Shown here: piece after piece, positions 1 through 10,727 of the stretch
Numbering within the stretch: position 1 is the stretch's first letter
Layout: each line of letters opens with the position of its first letter
Position numbers and translations under genes: made by a program
NCBI GenBank assembly: GCA_964573785.1
Contig: CAZNKF010000002.1
Location: 35,142 to 99,141 of the forward strand
Length of the DNA: 64,000 nt
Direction: 5' to 3'
DNA from: an uncultured Candidatus Bathyarchaeia archaeon
GTDB taxonomy: Archaea; Thermoproteota; Bathyarchaeia; Bathyarchaeales; Bathycorpusculaceae
Notes under the pieces: model-generated
What the model saw: the letters and a program-made list of their open reading frames with translations, nothing else
Databases searched by the model: none
Told to the model about the DNA's origin: nothing

Positions 1-81
1 TGACTGTTCTAAAAGCTGGTATTAATAAGTAGTCAAGCCATTACTTTAATTTAGACTTTGAATTGCCGTGAAGTGCCCTAA

Positions 82-528
82 TTGAGCGTTGAGGATGAAG
101 GCAAACTTGAATATGCTCTTCGCGGGAAGGCATGGAAGGTTTATTGGCTTCTATTGAAGAACGGGCGCCCAATGAGCGTGCGGGAAGTTCAAAAAGCCCT
201 ACACTTCAGCAGTCCAAGCGTGGCACAACACCACTTGGAACAGCTCCGCGAAATGGGGTTAGTTCAGAAACAAGAGGTTGGCGGCCACTATTATCTTGTA
301 AGCGAAGTTAAAATTGGTGTACTCCGCCACTTTGTGAAGTTTGGCAGGCTTCTCTTCCCAAGATACTTGTTTTATGCAGTTTTCTCTACAACCTTCTATT
401 TGGTGTACCTTATACTTTCCATGCCTAATTTTACACGAGAAAGCCTATTCCTCTTAGTTTTTGGAGCTATTGTCTCGGCGATATTCTGGTACGAAACTTT
501 GCGGATATGGACGTTGAAGCCGTTCTAA
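82..528 (+). CDS. membrane-anchored winged-helix DNA-binding protein
   Basis: 148-aa ORF with TTG start. A wHTH-like segment (MSVREVQKALHFSSPSVAQHHLEQLREMGLV) is followed by hydrophobic helices (FYAVFSTTFYLVYLILS, LFLLVFGAIVSAIFW). Confidence 0.6.
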   Translation: MSVEDEGKLEYALRGKAWKVYWLLLKNGRPMSVREVQKALHFSSPSVAQHHLEQLREMGLVQKQEVGGHYYLVSEVKIGVLRHFVKFGRLLFPRYLFYAVFSTTFYLVYLILSMPNFTRESLFLLVFGAIVSAIFWYETLRIWTLKPF

Positions 529-598
529 CAGCTGGAAATATTGTACCAAAAATTAGGATAAAATAAAGGGAAACGGCAGTTATAAGCGGTGAAATGAC

Positions 599-2392
599 TT
601 GTTAAGAGAGGTGAAAAAGCGAGCAGTGACCTATGGACTAGCAGCCGTTCTTGTCGCCTTAATGCTTGGAGCGCTATGCTACAACCTTGGAGTGCAACTA
701 ACAGAAAACCAACGCCAAGGGCAGCCCTCACCAGAACCAACACCTCAGCCTTCATCGCAATTTCTGAAAACCTTCTCGTCATACGAAGAGCTTCTAAACT
801 TCTTGTCGGAAAATGCAAACGTTGGAGTTTATCCATTTTATGGACCTGAAGACCTTAGAATATTGAGAACGTTAGGTCCAACATCCGTTTACAAGTATGT
901 GGAATACTCAACTACAAATGTTCAAGTGGCGGGGGTTGACGAGGCAGACATAATAAAAACGGATGGCGAATTCATCTATGCGATAGCTAACAACAAAGTC
1001 TATATTGTAAAGGCTTACCCGGAGGAAAAGGCTACTGTAATTTCGAAAATAACATTTGAAAACAATACATACCCAGCTGGATTATTTTTAAGCTCTGATG
1101 GCAGCAAACTGGCGGTTCTGGGAAGCAAATACAGTTTTTCGCCATGGACCTACTATTATAGGAATTGTTATATCATTGATGGCAAAACGTTCATCCACGT
1201 CTATGACGTCTCGAACAAAACGAATCCTATCCTAATGAGAGATTTTACAATGAGTGGGCACTATTTTAATTCAAGGATGATTGGCGAGTATGTGTATGCC
1301 GTTATCAGCCAACCAGTCTACATAATCTATGACAAGGTCATTCTCCCACAAGTCTATTTAAAAGATAGAATCAGAGAGATTGAGGCTACAAAAATATACT
1401 ATTCAAACGTGTCCGAGGATTACTACAGCTTCACAACGGTTGTTGCACTAAACATTTTGAATGAGACTGAGGAGCCAAACACTTTAACCATAATGATGGG
1501 AGGAACAAGCAACCTATACGTTTCACTAAATAACATTTACATAACATTCCACCGCTTCGATTGGCAAACAACAATTTACAGAATAAGAATAGAGAACAGA
1601 ACCATGAGCTGGGAAGCCGAGGGTACAGTGCCAGGGCATGAAATTAACCAGTTCTCCATGGACGAGTATGGCAACTTCTTCAGAATAGCAACCATGAGAT
1701 GGGTTAATGGGATTATTCAAAACGACCTGTATATGCTGGACATGAACTTGACAATAGTTGGAAACTTGACAAACATAGCCCCTAATGAAACTTTAGACTC
1801 AGCAAGGTTCATCGGAAATCGCTGTTATCTTACAACGTCAGTCCGGCGGATAGACCCATTCTTCGTGATAGATATCGGAAATCCTTATGAGCCGAAGACT
1901 TTGGGCAGCCTAAAAATTCCGGGTTTTACAAGGTACTTACACCCATACAATGAAACACATTTAATAGGTGTGGGCAGAGACGAAAGCAACAAAGTGCAAA
2001 TAATGCTGTTTGACGTGAGCAATGTTAGCAATCCAATTACAGCGGGTAACTTTACCGTTCCCGGGGAATATTCAGACACTCCTGTTTTGTGGGAACATAA
2101 AGCTTTCCTCTTTGACAAGGCTAAGGAGTTGTTGGTTATTCCGTTGTCTATGTATGACTATTCGGAAAACTTCTTCTGGCAAGGAGCCTACGTATTCAAC
2201 ACAACAAATTGCGAGTTGGCGTTAAAGGGGAATGTCACGCACATAGAAGGCGTTAGCAGTCCGTGGGATTATACCTACCAGATTAAAAGATCCTTATACA
2301 TTGAGGACATGCTTTACACAGTGTCTGAGATGAAGCTGAAAATAAACTGGCTGGAAGACCTTTCGACAAAAGGTGAAATAGTCTTCTCCTAA
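599..2392 (+). CDS. secreted/anchored beta-propeller domain protein (Beta_propel family-like), function unknown
   Basis: 597-aa ORF with an N-terminal signal-anchor helix and a P/Q-rich linker. Family-typical motifs: VQVAGVDEADIIKTDGEFIY, RFIGNRCYLTT, IDPFFVIDIGNPYEPKTLGSLKIPGFTRYLHPY, IMLFDVSNVSNP. Many N-X-S/T sequons. Confidence 0.7.
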   Translation: MLREVKKRAVTYGLAAVLVALMLGALCYNLGVQLTENQRQGQPSPEPTPQPSSQFLKTFSSYEELLNFLSENANVGVYPFYGPEDLRILRTLGPTSVYKYVEYSTTNVQVAGVDEADIIKTDGEFIYAIANNKVYIVKAYPEEKATVISKITFENNTYPAGLFLSSDGSKLAVLGSKYSFSPWTYYYRNCYIIDGKTFIHVYDVSNKTNPILMRDFTMSGHYFNSRMIGEYVYAVISQPVYIIYDKVILPQVYLKDRIREIEATKIYYSNVSEDYYSFTTVVALNILNETEEPNTLTIMMGGTSNLYVSLNNIYITFHRFDWQTTIYRIRIENRTMSWEAEGTVPGHEINQFSMDEYGNFFRIATMRWVNGIIQNDLYMLDMNLTIVGNLTNIAPNETLDSARFIGNRCYLTTSVRRIDPFFVIDIGNPYEPKTLGSLKIPGFTRYLHPYNETHLIGVGRDESNKVQIMLFDVSNVSNPITAGNFTVPGEYSDTPVLWEHKAFLFDKAKELLVIPLSMYDYSENFFWQGAYVFNTTNCELALKGNVTHIEGVSSPWDYTYQIKRSLYIEDMLYTVSEMKLKINWLEDLSTKGEIVFS

Positions 2393-3762
2393 ATCCCCTT
2401 ATTCCCCTTTTTTGGCTCCATGTGGACTGTGACTATGGTTTCGGTGAATCTCCGTTTAACCCCGTTCTCGATTTTTGATGCGACTTTGTGGGCTTCCTCA
2501 ATTGTTATTTGACTTGTAAAACAGCAGTCTATGTTTATGTAACGTTTTCCACCCACAACATATGTGACTATCCGCTTAACCGAGAACACTTTTTGTAGGC
2601 TTTCAGCCGTTCTGTAGATTACTTGCTGAATTTCCCTTTCATCTACGGTTGGTCCCCGCTGTTTCGCGTCAAATGGTTCGATGTGGACTGTTACGTTGCC
2701 GATGTTTTCCAGTTTTTCGCTTAGCCTACCCTCTATTTTCTCGGCAAGTTCGTGGGCTTCGCTCACAGACAAAGAAGGGTCAACATAAGCGTGCAATGTA
2801 ACGTAAAGTTTGCCATGGGAATAAACAACATTTACATCATGAACCTCTTTGACGCCCTCAACCTCTCCAGCAAACTTTTCCACAAGTTGAGAGGTTAACA
2901 TTTCCTTTTCAGGTGGTTCAACATGGATTAAGACTTCAGCGTTCCCCAAGGCTTTCTTCAGCTTATCCTCCACTTGTGATGCGAGCGCGTGGGCTTCCTC
3001 CAGCCCCATGTAGTCTGGAACTTGTATTGTGGCTTCAACGAAGGTTTTATCTCCAGCCCTTCTAACCCTCAACCCTTTAACGTTGTAATCGCCCATCGTT
3101 GAGGCTATTTCCTTCCGCACTTTTTCTGCAACGTCTCTTGAGATTGCGTCGCTTAACTCCATTCCGCTTGCTTTAACTAGCCTAATGCTTAGGTAGCCTA
3201 TAGCAGCGCTTAGAACTAGAGAGGCAACGGCGTCCGAGATTGGCAAGCCTATTGTTGCAAGTCCAAATCCTAAAAGGGCGACAATTGTTGAGCCAAAATC
3301 CGCTAGGGCATGGTAAAAGCCGGCTTTAACAGTGACGCTTTCCGTTTCCACAGTGTGCAATACTTTAATCCTTAAAATGTCTATGCAGAATGTGTAGCCT
3401 ATCGCCGCAAAACCAGCCAGCTCCCACTCTTGGTTCAAGGGTTCGCCATGTAACAGCTTTTGGACAGCCCTAATGGTTAGGAATATCGCCGTGCCGAAGA
3501 GTATAACTCCGCCGATAAGCCCGCCAAGAGGCTCAATTTTCTCGTGTCCATACATGTGCTCCTCGTCCGGCGGTTTAATGGAAGCCCTAGCTGCCACTAA
3601 TAGGATAAACATGCTTACAGCGTCTAGTAGTGCGTGCATGCCGTCGCTTAGGATGGCTAGGCTGCCAACAGCCAAACCCAAAACAACTTCTACAATTACA
3701 ACGCTGGATATGGCGAACGCTGAAATTTTTAGGCTTCTAAGCCCCGACTCTTTTAATGGCAT
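2389..3762 (-). CDS. cation diffusion facilitator (CDF) metal efflux transporter with three tandem C-terminal cytoplasmic domains
   Basis: I start the gene at the ATG at 3762 (MPLKESG...); the tracked ORF extension to 3966 looks non-coding. HxxxD pairs are present (DGMHALLD, FYHALAD). Three repeats each end in ...EAH....IHVEP-like signatures. Confidence 0.85.
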   Translation of the reverse strand: MPLKESGLRSLKISAFAISSVVIVEVVLGLAVGSLAILSDGMHALLDAVSMFILLVAARASIKPPDEEHMYGHEKIEPLGGLIGGVILFGTAIFLTIRAVQKLLHGEPLNQEWELAGFAAIGYTFCIDILRIKVLHTVETESVTVKAGFYHALADFGSTIVALLGFGLATIGLPISDAVASLVLSAAIGYLSIRLVKASGMELSDAISRDVAEKVRKEIASTMGDYNVKGLRVRRAGDKTFVEATIQVPDYMGLEEAHALASQVEDKLKKALGNAEVLIHVEPPEKEMLTSQLVEKFAGEVEGVKEVHDVNVVYSHGKLYVTLHAYVDPSLSVSEAHELAEKIEGRLSEKLENIGNVTVHIEPFDAKQRGPTVDEREIQQVIYRTAESLQKVFSVKRIVTYVVGGKRYINIDCCFTSQITIEEAHKVASKIENGVKRRFTETIVTVHMEPKKGNKGI

Positions 3763-3969
3763 TATTCCATCAAATAGACAACCCAACACTCGGGATTTAA
3801 GGATTGTGAAGCATGGTTTAGCAAAACATTTAAAATAATAGCTGTGCATGATTATGTGGGTATTAAAGTGCAAGGTGAACGCTTTAACCCAGCAACATAA
3901 ACCCAACAAAATTTTCACCCAACACGCTAGACTGGTTTCTCGTGTGTCTTTTGATGGAGGCACCAAAAA

Positions 3970-5262
3970 ATGAGTGTAAGCGACATTTTAGACGGGAAAC
4001 TAACAGAAAATGAGGTTGAAATAAAAGGCTGGCTCTTAAACAAACGCTCAAGCGGCGGAGTCCAATTCCTAATAGTCAGAGATGGGACAGGCTTTATACA
4101 GGCGACAATTCACAAAGGCGAGGTTCTAGCGAAGGTTTTTGAGGATGCTGAAAGGCTGACGCAGGAATCCTCTATAATATTTAGGGGTGTTGTTAAGGAG
4201 GATAAGAGGGCGCCTGGAGGCTACGAGATAAGGGTTAAGGATTTACAAATTGTGCACTTGGCGGAACGCGAATATCCATTAGCGAAAAAGGAGCATGGCA
4301 TAGACTTTCTAATGAATTATAGGCAGTTGTGGATTAGAAGTCCTAGGCAGACAGCCATATTAAGGATTAGGGCTGAGGTCATAAAGGCTTGCAGAGACTT
4401 CCTCGACAGCCGAGGCTTCGTTTTAACAGACGCCCCAATCTTCACACCAGCCGCAGTCGAAGGAACAACAACCCTTTTTGAAGTCCCCTACTTTGGTGAA
4501 AAAGCCTACCTAACCCAAAGCGGACAGCTTTATGTTGAAGCCACAATAGCCGCCTTCGGAAAAGTCTACTGTTTCGGTCCAACTTTTAGGGCTGAGAAGT
4601 CGAAAACGCCAAGGCATTTGACAGAGTTTTGGATGGTTGAGCCTGAAATGGCTTTCTGCGAATTTGAGGAGAACCTGAAAATTCAAGAGGAAATGGTAAC
4701 TTACATTGTCAAGACCGTTTTGGAAAAGCGACGGAGGGAGCTTGAGACTTTGAAGCGGGATGTGGCGCCTTTGAAGAAGGTGGAGCCGCCTTTTGAAAGA
4801 ATAAGTTACACGGAGGCTGTTGATATGCTGCAGAAGGGTGGCTTCCCAATAGAATGGGGTGAAGACCTAGGAGCACCCCACGAACGGTACATTTCCCTCC
4901 AGTTTGAAAAGCCCGTTTTTGTCCACAGGTATCCAGCCAAGGCTAAAGCCTTCTATATGCAGCCGGACCCAGAAAACCCGGAAGTTGTCCTCTGTGCTGA
5001 TTTGATGGCGCCGGAGGGTTATGGCGAAATAATTGGTGGAAGCCAACGCATCCACGACCTAAAACTGCTGGAGAAGCGCATTGAAGAGTTTGGTTTGCCA
5101 AAAAAAGCCTATGAATGGTATTTGGATTTGCGGAGGTATGGTTCGGTGCCGCACTCCGGCTTTGGGCTGGGAATAGAACGCACAGTCATGTGGATTTGCA
5201 AGCTAAAGCATATTCGAGAAACAATACCCTTCCCAAGAACGTTAACGCGCATATACCCGTAA
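3970..5262 (+). CDS. asnS: asparaginyl-tRNA synthetase
   Basis: 430 aa, class IIb aa[37 protein letters not shown] and [15 protein letters not shown] with a C-terminal [10 protein letters not shown] match archaeal AsnRS rather than AspRS. Confidence 0.9.
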   Translation: MSVSDILDGKLTENEVEIKGWLLNKRSSGGVQFLIVRDGTGFIQATIHKGEVLAKVFEDAERLTQESSIIFRGVVKEDKRAPGGYEIRVKDLQIVHLAEREYPLAKKEHGIDFLMNYRQLWIRSPRQTAILRIRAEVIKACRDFLDSRGFVLTDAPIFTPAAVEGTTTLFEVPYFGEKAYLTQSGQLYVEATIAAFGKVYCFGPTFRAEKSKTPRHLTEFWMVEPEMAFCEFEENLKIQEEMVTYIVKTVLEKRRRELETLKRDVAPLKKVEPPFERISYTEAVDMLQKGGFPIEWGEDLGAPHERYISLQFEKPVFVHRYPAKAKAFYMQPDPENPEVVLCADLMAPEGYGEIIGGSQRIHDLKLLEKRIEEFGLPKKAYEWYLDLRRYGSVPHSGFGLGIERTVMWICKLKHIRETIPFPRTLTRIYP

Positions 5263-5351
5263 AGGCTTTAGCCTCCGCTACTCCCACTTCCAAACTTTTC
5301 TCCCATAAAATTTTCCGGAAGTATCAACAGCCCCCAGCTTTTTGATTTGAA

Positions 5352-5564
5352 TTATTCTTTTATAATAATCCTCGTTAAGGCTGCCAGTACAAATCCTAGA
5401 ACTACAGTCCACATAAGCCATGAAATCCAGAGGGTTTCAACGTAGCCTAGATTTGTGGTTTCTATAATGCCTAAATAATCAACGATGAATGTTGCTAGAA
5501 ATGTTGCCCAAAAAAGGGCCATTACAACGAGCCAAATAATGTCATATTTTCTCATTTTGCTCAT
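5352..5564 (-). CDS. small two-TM membrane protein, unknown function
   Basis: 70 aa counted from the ATG at 5564, which is 5 nt after the P-type ATPase stop codon. Two hydrophobic helices (IIWLVVMALFWATFLATFIV, LWISWLMWTVVLGFVLAAL). Confidence 0.45.
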   Translation of the reverse strand: MSKMRKYDIIWLVVMALFWATFLATFIVDYLGIIETTNLGYVETLWISWLMWTVVLGFVLAALTRIIIKE

Positions 5565-5569
5565 CTCGT

Positions 5570-8401
5570 TTATTTCCACTGCCAAATTTTCCTTCCCATG
5601 AGGTATTCTGGAAGCACGAAGAACAAGCCCCAACTAGCAACCGCAATAACTTGAATTAGATCTGCGAGGCTTAACGGGACAAGGTGGAACATGGATGCTG
5701 TTATGGGTATATATGGTAAAGCAAGCGTAGGCACTATGGATATGATTTCAGCAATCACGAACCATTTGTTTGAAAAGGCCTTGCGCCCCATCCTCCATAC
5801 GCTACGCTTCTCTGACCGGCAATTCCAAACTACAAAAAGTTCAAACATAGTTGCCTGGATAAACGCTGTAGTTCTTGCTTCGTTAAGCGTTAAAAGCCTC
5901 GCCTCCTCATTTATTGGTCCGTTGGGCCAACCCCATGGATGAGATGGAAATATGTAATAGTTTAAAATGAAAAGAAGCATGGTTCCAGTTGATTGTAAAA
6001 TAAAAGACGTTATTATAAAGGCGCCCATCCCATGTAATATTCCTTCATCAGGTTTACGTGGTGGCCGTTTCATGACGTCTTCGTCTGGCGGATCCAAAGC
6101 TAATGAAACCGCAGGAGCACCATCTGTTACAAGATTTATCCACAACAGCATGGCTGGAAGCAGAGGCAACGGGAACAATTTTTCCCCTCCGGCTCCAGCC
6201 ATTCCAGCGAGCAGCGCGAATGTTCCTATTACGAGAACTTCATCGAAATTGCATGCGATTAGAAATCGGGCGTATTTTCTAATATTGTCGTAGATTACCC
6301 TTCCCTCTTCCACAGCTTTAACTATTGTGGCGAAATTGTCGTCTGTTAGAACAATATCTGATGCTTCTCGAGTTACATCTGTACCTGATATTCCCATAGC
6401 AACGCCTACATCTGCACTTTTTACAGCTGGTGCATCATTAACCCCATCTCCGGTCATGGCAACAATGTGGCCCTTTTTCTTTAGGGCTTTTACTATGCGC
6501 AATTTATGTTCAGGCGACACACGGGCATAAACGGCCACGTTTTCCACTATTCTTTCAAATTCTTCATCGCTCATTTTATCTAGCTCGACACCTGTTAAAA
6601 CAAGACTGCCTTCCTTCATAATTCCAATTTCTTTCGCCACAGCTATTGCTGTAAGTTTATGATCTCCAGTGATCATAACAACCTTAATTCCAGCTTCCTC
6701 ACATTTTTTGTAAGCCTCAATGGCTTCCTCTCTAGGCGGATCAATCATTCCCTCTAATCCAAGGAAGATGAGGTCTTTTTCAACAGCATCCTCGTCGAGC
6801 TCTTTTATGGTGCTTGGCAACTTTCTGTAAGCAATTCCAAGAACTCGTAAGGCATCACCTGCAAGTTTCTCGTTAACCTCGAGAATTTCATCCCTTTTAG
6901 CCTTTGTCAGCTTCTTTTCCTCGCCATTTTCACGTGTGTGGGTGCACCTTTCCAAGATTATTTCGGGGGCACCCTTAACAAAGGCCAGCCTTTCCCCGTC
7001 AGGAGCCAAATGAACAGTGCTCATACGTTTCCTTTCAGAAGTGAAAACGCCCTCCCAGATCCTTGGATAAATTTTTTCACACTTATCTTTTTCAAGTCCA
7101 GCCTTAGCCGCTGCCACAACCAGAGCCCCTTCAGTTGGGTCACCTATAACGCGCCAAACACCATTTTCACTCTTCAACACCGCATTACTACAGAGTGCAC
7201 CAGCCGTCAACAAAAGTGAAAGATCCTCATCCTCTTGAGGATTAATAGACTGACCGCCAAGATAGAATTCGCCTTTAGGTTCATAACCAACTCCGGTCAC
7301 CTCAATTATCTTGCCGCTATTATAAATCCTCCGCACCGTCATTTCTCCCTTAGTTAAAGTACCTGTCTTATCTGAGCAAATTACCGTGACGGCGCCTAGG
7401 CTTTCAGCGGAAGAAAGTCTTCTTATGAGAGCATTACGCTTTGCAAATTCACGAGCCCCTAACGCCAGACTTATTGTCACTATTGCAGGTAATCCTTCCG
7501 GAACAACAGAAATAGCTAAAGCAATGGATGACATGAATGAATCGATAAATGCCTTAATTACAAAACCTTCGGCAAAAATTTCCAGGACAAAAATTATTGC
7601 GCAAAGGGCTAAGACAATGTAGGCAATTTGCTTAGCGAACCTATCTAGTTTCTTCTGCAGAGGAGTTTCTTCTTCCTCAGCTGTTTGCACTAACTCTGCA
7701 ATTCTGCCAAACTCTGTGTTCATGCCTGTGGACACTACAACGGCTTTACCCCTTCCATAAACTACATGTGTGCCCATGAAAAGCATATCCTTTCTGTCCG
7801 CGACAGGGGCATCTTCACTGACGGGAGCTACACTTTTTTTGACAGGAGTTGACTCACCAGTTAAAACTGCCTCATCAGTCTTCAACTCAACAGCTTCAAT
7901 AAGACGCGCATCAGCTGGAATTGTGTCCCCAGCTTCGATGAGTAATATGTCGCCGGGAACAACCTCCTTCGCTGGTATTATCATTTCTTTACCCTCACGC
8001 AAGACGCGCGCCTTCGGGGCAGCTAACCTTTTTAAGGCTTCAAGGGCTTTCTCTGCACGATACTCCTGAACAAAACCTGCAACAGCAACTAAAATTACTA
8101 TTAACCCGATTGTTATTGCATCAGTGTACGCGTCAAGAAAACTTTTAGCCTCCCCCCTCATCAAATCGTAGTACCCAATTATAACTGAAAGTATTGTAGC
8201 TGCAATTAATAGCAAAATAAATATATCCTTGAATTCGCTGAGGAACATCTGCAGAGCGGTTCTCCGCTTCTTCTCTCTTAACTCATTATATCCATAATTA
8301 GCTAGCCTCTTAGACGCCTCTTCCGCCGTTAAACCTTCCTTATCAACATTCATCTCCTTCAGAACTTCTTCAACTTCCATGGCATGCCAAGGCTTCGACA
8401 T
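5570..8401 (-). CDS. P-type cation-transporting ATPase (type II, Ca2+/cation pump-like)
   Basis: 943 aa. [10 protein letters not shown] phosphorylation site, PEGLP in TM4, [11 protein letters not shown] hinge, TGES actuator motif. Confidence 0.9.
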   Translation of the reverse strand: MSKPWHAMEVEEVLKEMNVDKEGLTAEEASKRLANYGYNELREKKRRTALQMFLSEFKDIFILLLIAATILSVIIGYYDLMRGEAKSFLDAYTDAITIGLIVILVAVAGFVQEYRAEKALEALKRLAAPKARVLREGKEMIIPAKEVVPGDILLIEAGDTIPADARLIEAVELKTDEAVLTGESTPVKKSVAPVSEDAPVADRKDMLFMGTHVVYGRGKAVVVSTGMNTEFGRIAELVQTAEEEETPLQKKLDRFAKQIAYIVLALCAIIFVLEIFAEGFVIKAFIDSFMSSIALAISVVPEGLPAIVTISLALGAREFAKRNALIRRLSSAESLGAVTVICSDKTGTLTKGEMTVRRIYNSGKIIEVTGVGYEPKGEFYLGGQSINPQEDEDLSLLLTAGALCSNAVLKSENGVWRVIGDPTEGALVVAAAKAGLEKDKCEKIYPRIWEGVFTSERKRMSTVHLAPDGERLAFVKGAPEIILERCTHTRENGEEKKLTKAKRDEILEVNEKLAGDALRVLGIAYRKLPSTIKELDEDAVEKDLIFLGLEGMIDPPREEAIEAYKKCEEAGIKVVMITGDHKLTAIAVAKEIGIMKEGSLVLTGVELDKMSDEEFERIVENVAVYARVSPEHKLRIVKALKKKGHIVAMTGDGVNDAPAVKSADVGVAMGISGTDVTREASDIVLTDDNFATIVKAVEEGRVIYDNIRKYARFLIACNFDEVLVIGTFALLAGMAGAGGEKLFPLPLLPAMLLWINLVTDGAPAVSLALDPPDEDVMKRPPRKPDEGILHGMGAFIITSFILQSTGTMLLFILNYYIFPSHPWGWPNGPINEEARLLTLNEARTTAFIQATMFELFVVWNCRSEKRSVWRMGRKAFSNKWFVIAEIISIVPTLALPYIPITASMFHLVPLSLADLIQVIAVASWGLFFVLPEYLMGRKIWQWK

Positions 8402-8510
8402 CCAATGCCCTTCCGATTTTTAATGTAAATGAGACATACAACAACCTACTTATAAAATTCTCTATTCACTAACACTTCAAAACACAAAGCCATAAAAAGG
8501 AAAGGAGATG

Positions 8511-10586
8511 TTAGGCAATCAGCAGAAGGATTAGTGGAGCAAAGACTTCGGCCACCAGCGACATCACCGTAATCATAGTATTTAGCGAAGGCCCAGCCGT
8601 GTCCTTGAATGGGTCTCCAACAGTGTCGCCAGTCACAGCAGCCTTATGGGCTTCTAAGCCTTTTCCACCATGCGCCCCAGACTCTATGTACTTTTTGGCG
8701 TTGTCCCAAAGGCCGCCAGCATTAGCCATAAACAAGGCGAAGATTATGCCCGTAACAATGCTTCCAGCCAGGAATCCAGCCAAAGCCTCTTTTCCAAGCA
8801 CTATCAGCGTTATTATTGGGACGATTATGGCGAGTGAACATGGCAGCATAAGCTCTTTGATGGCCCCCTTAGTAGCTATGTCCACACATCTGGTATAATC
8901 AGGCTTAGCCTTGCCCTCCATAAGCCCAGGAATCTCCTTGAACTGGCGCCTAACCTCTTCGACCATCCGTTCGGCGTTTCTTCCAACAGCCAGAATTAGC
9001 AGTGCTGAAAGAAGCGGAGGCATCATGCCACCCAGAAAAATTCCCGCAACAATTTTTGGGTCCATAAGATTGAGTGTTAACTCTGTATGGAGCAAGTGCT
9101 CAACCAGTTCTTTATAAGCGCCGAAAAGTGCTAAAACCGTTAGGGCTGCAGCGCCTATGGCAAAGCCTTTTGTTATGGCCTTTGTGGTATTACCAGCAGC
9201 ATCCAACCTGTCGGCAACTTCGATAACCTCTTCCCCTAAACCTGACTGTTCAGCTATACCCTTAGCGTTGTCGGACACAGGCCCATAAGCATCGGCCGAT
9301 ATTGTCATCCCAACTGTCGCAAGCATCCCCACGGCTGCTATGGCAATCCCGTAAACAGCGTCAATGTTAAATGCTTGAGCCAAGTACCAAGCAGCAATAG
9401 TCGCCGCACAAATGCCAATCACTGGCGGAACTATGCTAACAATTCCATAGGAAAAGCCTGTAAGTATGTTGATTGCTGCACCAGTTGTTGAAGCCTCTGC
9501 CACTTTCTGCGCCGGCGACCTATCTATGGACGTGAAATAGTCAGATGTTATTCCAATTATCACTCCAGCGACTAATCCGGCAACCGTTGGCAGAAAAACT
9601 CCAAGCCACTGGTCATCTGGCAACCCCGAAAAGCGGGTGACAATGAATAGGAAGATAGCAAAGATTATCCATGTAGCAAAGGAACCTCTGTTAAGCGCCG
9701 CTCCGGGGTTACCCTTTATACTCAGCTTAACAACAAAAGCGCCTATTATTGAAGCGAAAAGTCCAACAGCGGAAATCAAAAGAGGCAATGCCACTAGACT
9801 ACTTACACCAATCGTGGCGCCAATTATCATTGCAGCTACAATGCTGGCAATGTATGAGTCAATTAGGTCAGCGCCCATCCCAGCGACGTCGCCCACGTTA
9901 TCCCCAACGTTGTCTGCAATAACAGCGGGGTTTCGAGGATCATCCTCCGGAATTCCAAGCTCAACCTTCCCAACAAGGTCTGCACTAATGTCTGCCGTTT
10001 TAGTGTATATGCCTCCACCAGCCTTTGCAAAAAGCGCTAAAGAGCTGGCTCCAAAACTAAAGCCCAAAACCACATTCGCAGCTTTAACAGCACTCCACCC
10101 AAAAATTATGTTAAAGACATAGTAAAGTAGGCTTATTCCTAAAAGGGCTAAACCAACAATGAATAAGCCCATCACTGCGCCTCCATAGAAAGCCACAGGG
10201 AAGGCCTTTTTCATTCCTTGTTTTGCAGCATTAGCTGTTCTAACATTGGCCTCAACCGCCGCCATCATCCCAACATAAGCAGCAACAGTTGTGCATACAG
10301 AGCCAAAAATGTAGGCAACAGCCATGCTTAACCCAAACGGAAGCCCTTGCGGAAATCCCTCATAAAACGTGTAAAGCACCCCGAGAACCACCGCCATTAC
10401 AACGACGAAAACTGCCAATGTCATGTTCTGCCTTCTAAGATAGGCTTTGGCGCCCTCCTTTATGGCGTTGGCAATCTCCCGCATGCGCTCAGTGCCGCTA
10501 TCTTGGCTTGTAACATACTTGTATAGGTAGCTAGCCAAACCAACAGCAGCCAAACCAGCTATGGGCGTAATATAAAACCACTCCAT
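8511..10586 (-). CDS. hppA: membrane-bound H+-translocating pyrophosphatase
   Basis: 691 aa, polytopic. Motifs DNVGDNVGDVAGMGADL and GDTVGDPFKDTAGPSLN. GNTTKAITKGFAIG carries the Lys variant associated with K+-independent enzymes. Confidence 0.95.
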   Translation of the reverse strand: MEWFYITPIAGLAAVGLASYLYKYVTSQDSGTERMREIANAIKEGAKAYLRRQNMTLAVFVVVMAVVLGVLYTFYEGFPQGLPFGLSMAVAYIFGSVCTTVAAYVGMMAAVEANVRTANAAKQGMKKAFPVAFYGGAVMGLFIVGLALLGISLLYYVFNIIFGWSAVKAANVVLGFSFGASSLALFAKAGGGIYTKTADISADLVGKVELGIPEDDPRNPAVIADNVGDNVGDVAGMGADLIDSYIASIVAAMIIGATIGVSSLVALPLLISAVGLFASIIGAFVVKLSIKGNPGAALNRGSFATWIIFAIFLFIVTRFSGLPDDQWLGVFLPTVAGLVAGVIIGITSDYFTSIDRSPAQKVAEASTTGAAINILTGFSYGIVSIVPPVIGICAATIAAWYLAQAFNIDAVYGIAIAAVGMLATVGMTISADAYGPVSDNAKGIAEQSGLGEEVIEVADRLDAAGNTTKAITKGFAIGAAALTVLALFGAYKELVEHLLHTELTLNLMDPKIVAGIFLGGMMPPLLSALLILAVGRNAERMVEEVRRQFKEIPGLMEGKAKPDYTRCVDIATKGAIKELMLPCSLAIIVPIITLIVLGKEALAGFLAGSIVTGIIFALFMANAGGLWDNAKKYIESGAHGGKGLEAHKAAVTGDTVGDPFKDTAGPSLNTMITVMSLVAEVFAPLILLLIA

Positions 10587-10727
10587 ACACTGAACCCCTA
10601 TTAGCAGCCCTCTTTACAAAGCGTCTGAAATGAAAACCCAAGCATATAAATTTACTGCAAACTCTAGAGGGAGCAGTGTATTTGCAAAGCAAAAACAACC
10701 ACAAATATGACCCTTTTACTGGTAGAT

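Noticed and set aside
3763-3966. N-terminal 68-codon extension of the CDF ORF in the supplied track
   Set aside because: The extension is Cys/Trp/Phe-rich, with no resemblance to CDF N-termini, and it would consume the whole divergent promoter region shared with asnS. The ATG at 3762 gives a normal CDF start just before TM1.
9637-10122. 161-aa plus-strand ORF antisense to hppA
   Set aside because: It is a shadow ORF inside a strongly supported gene. The translation is Ala/Pro/Ser/Thr-rich with no recognisable motifs.
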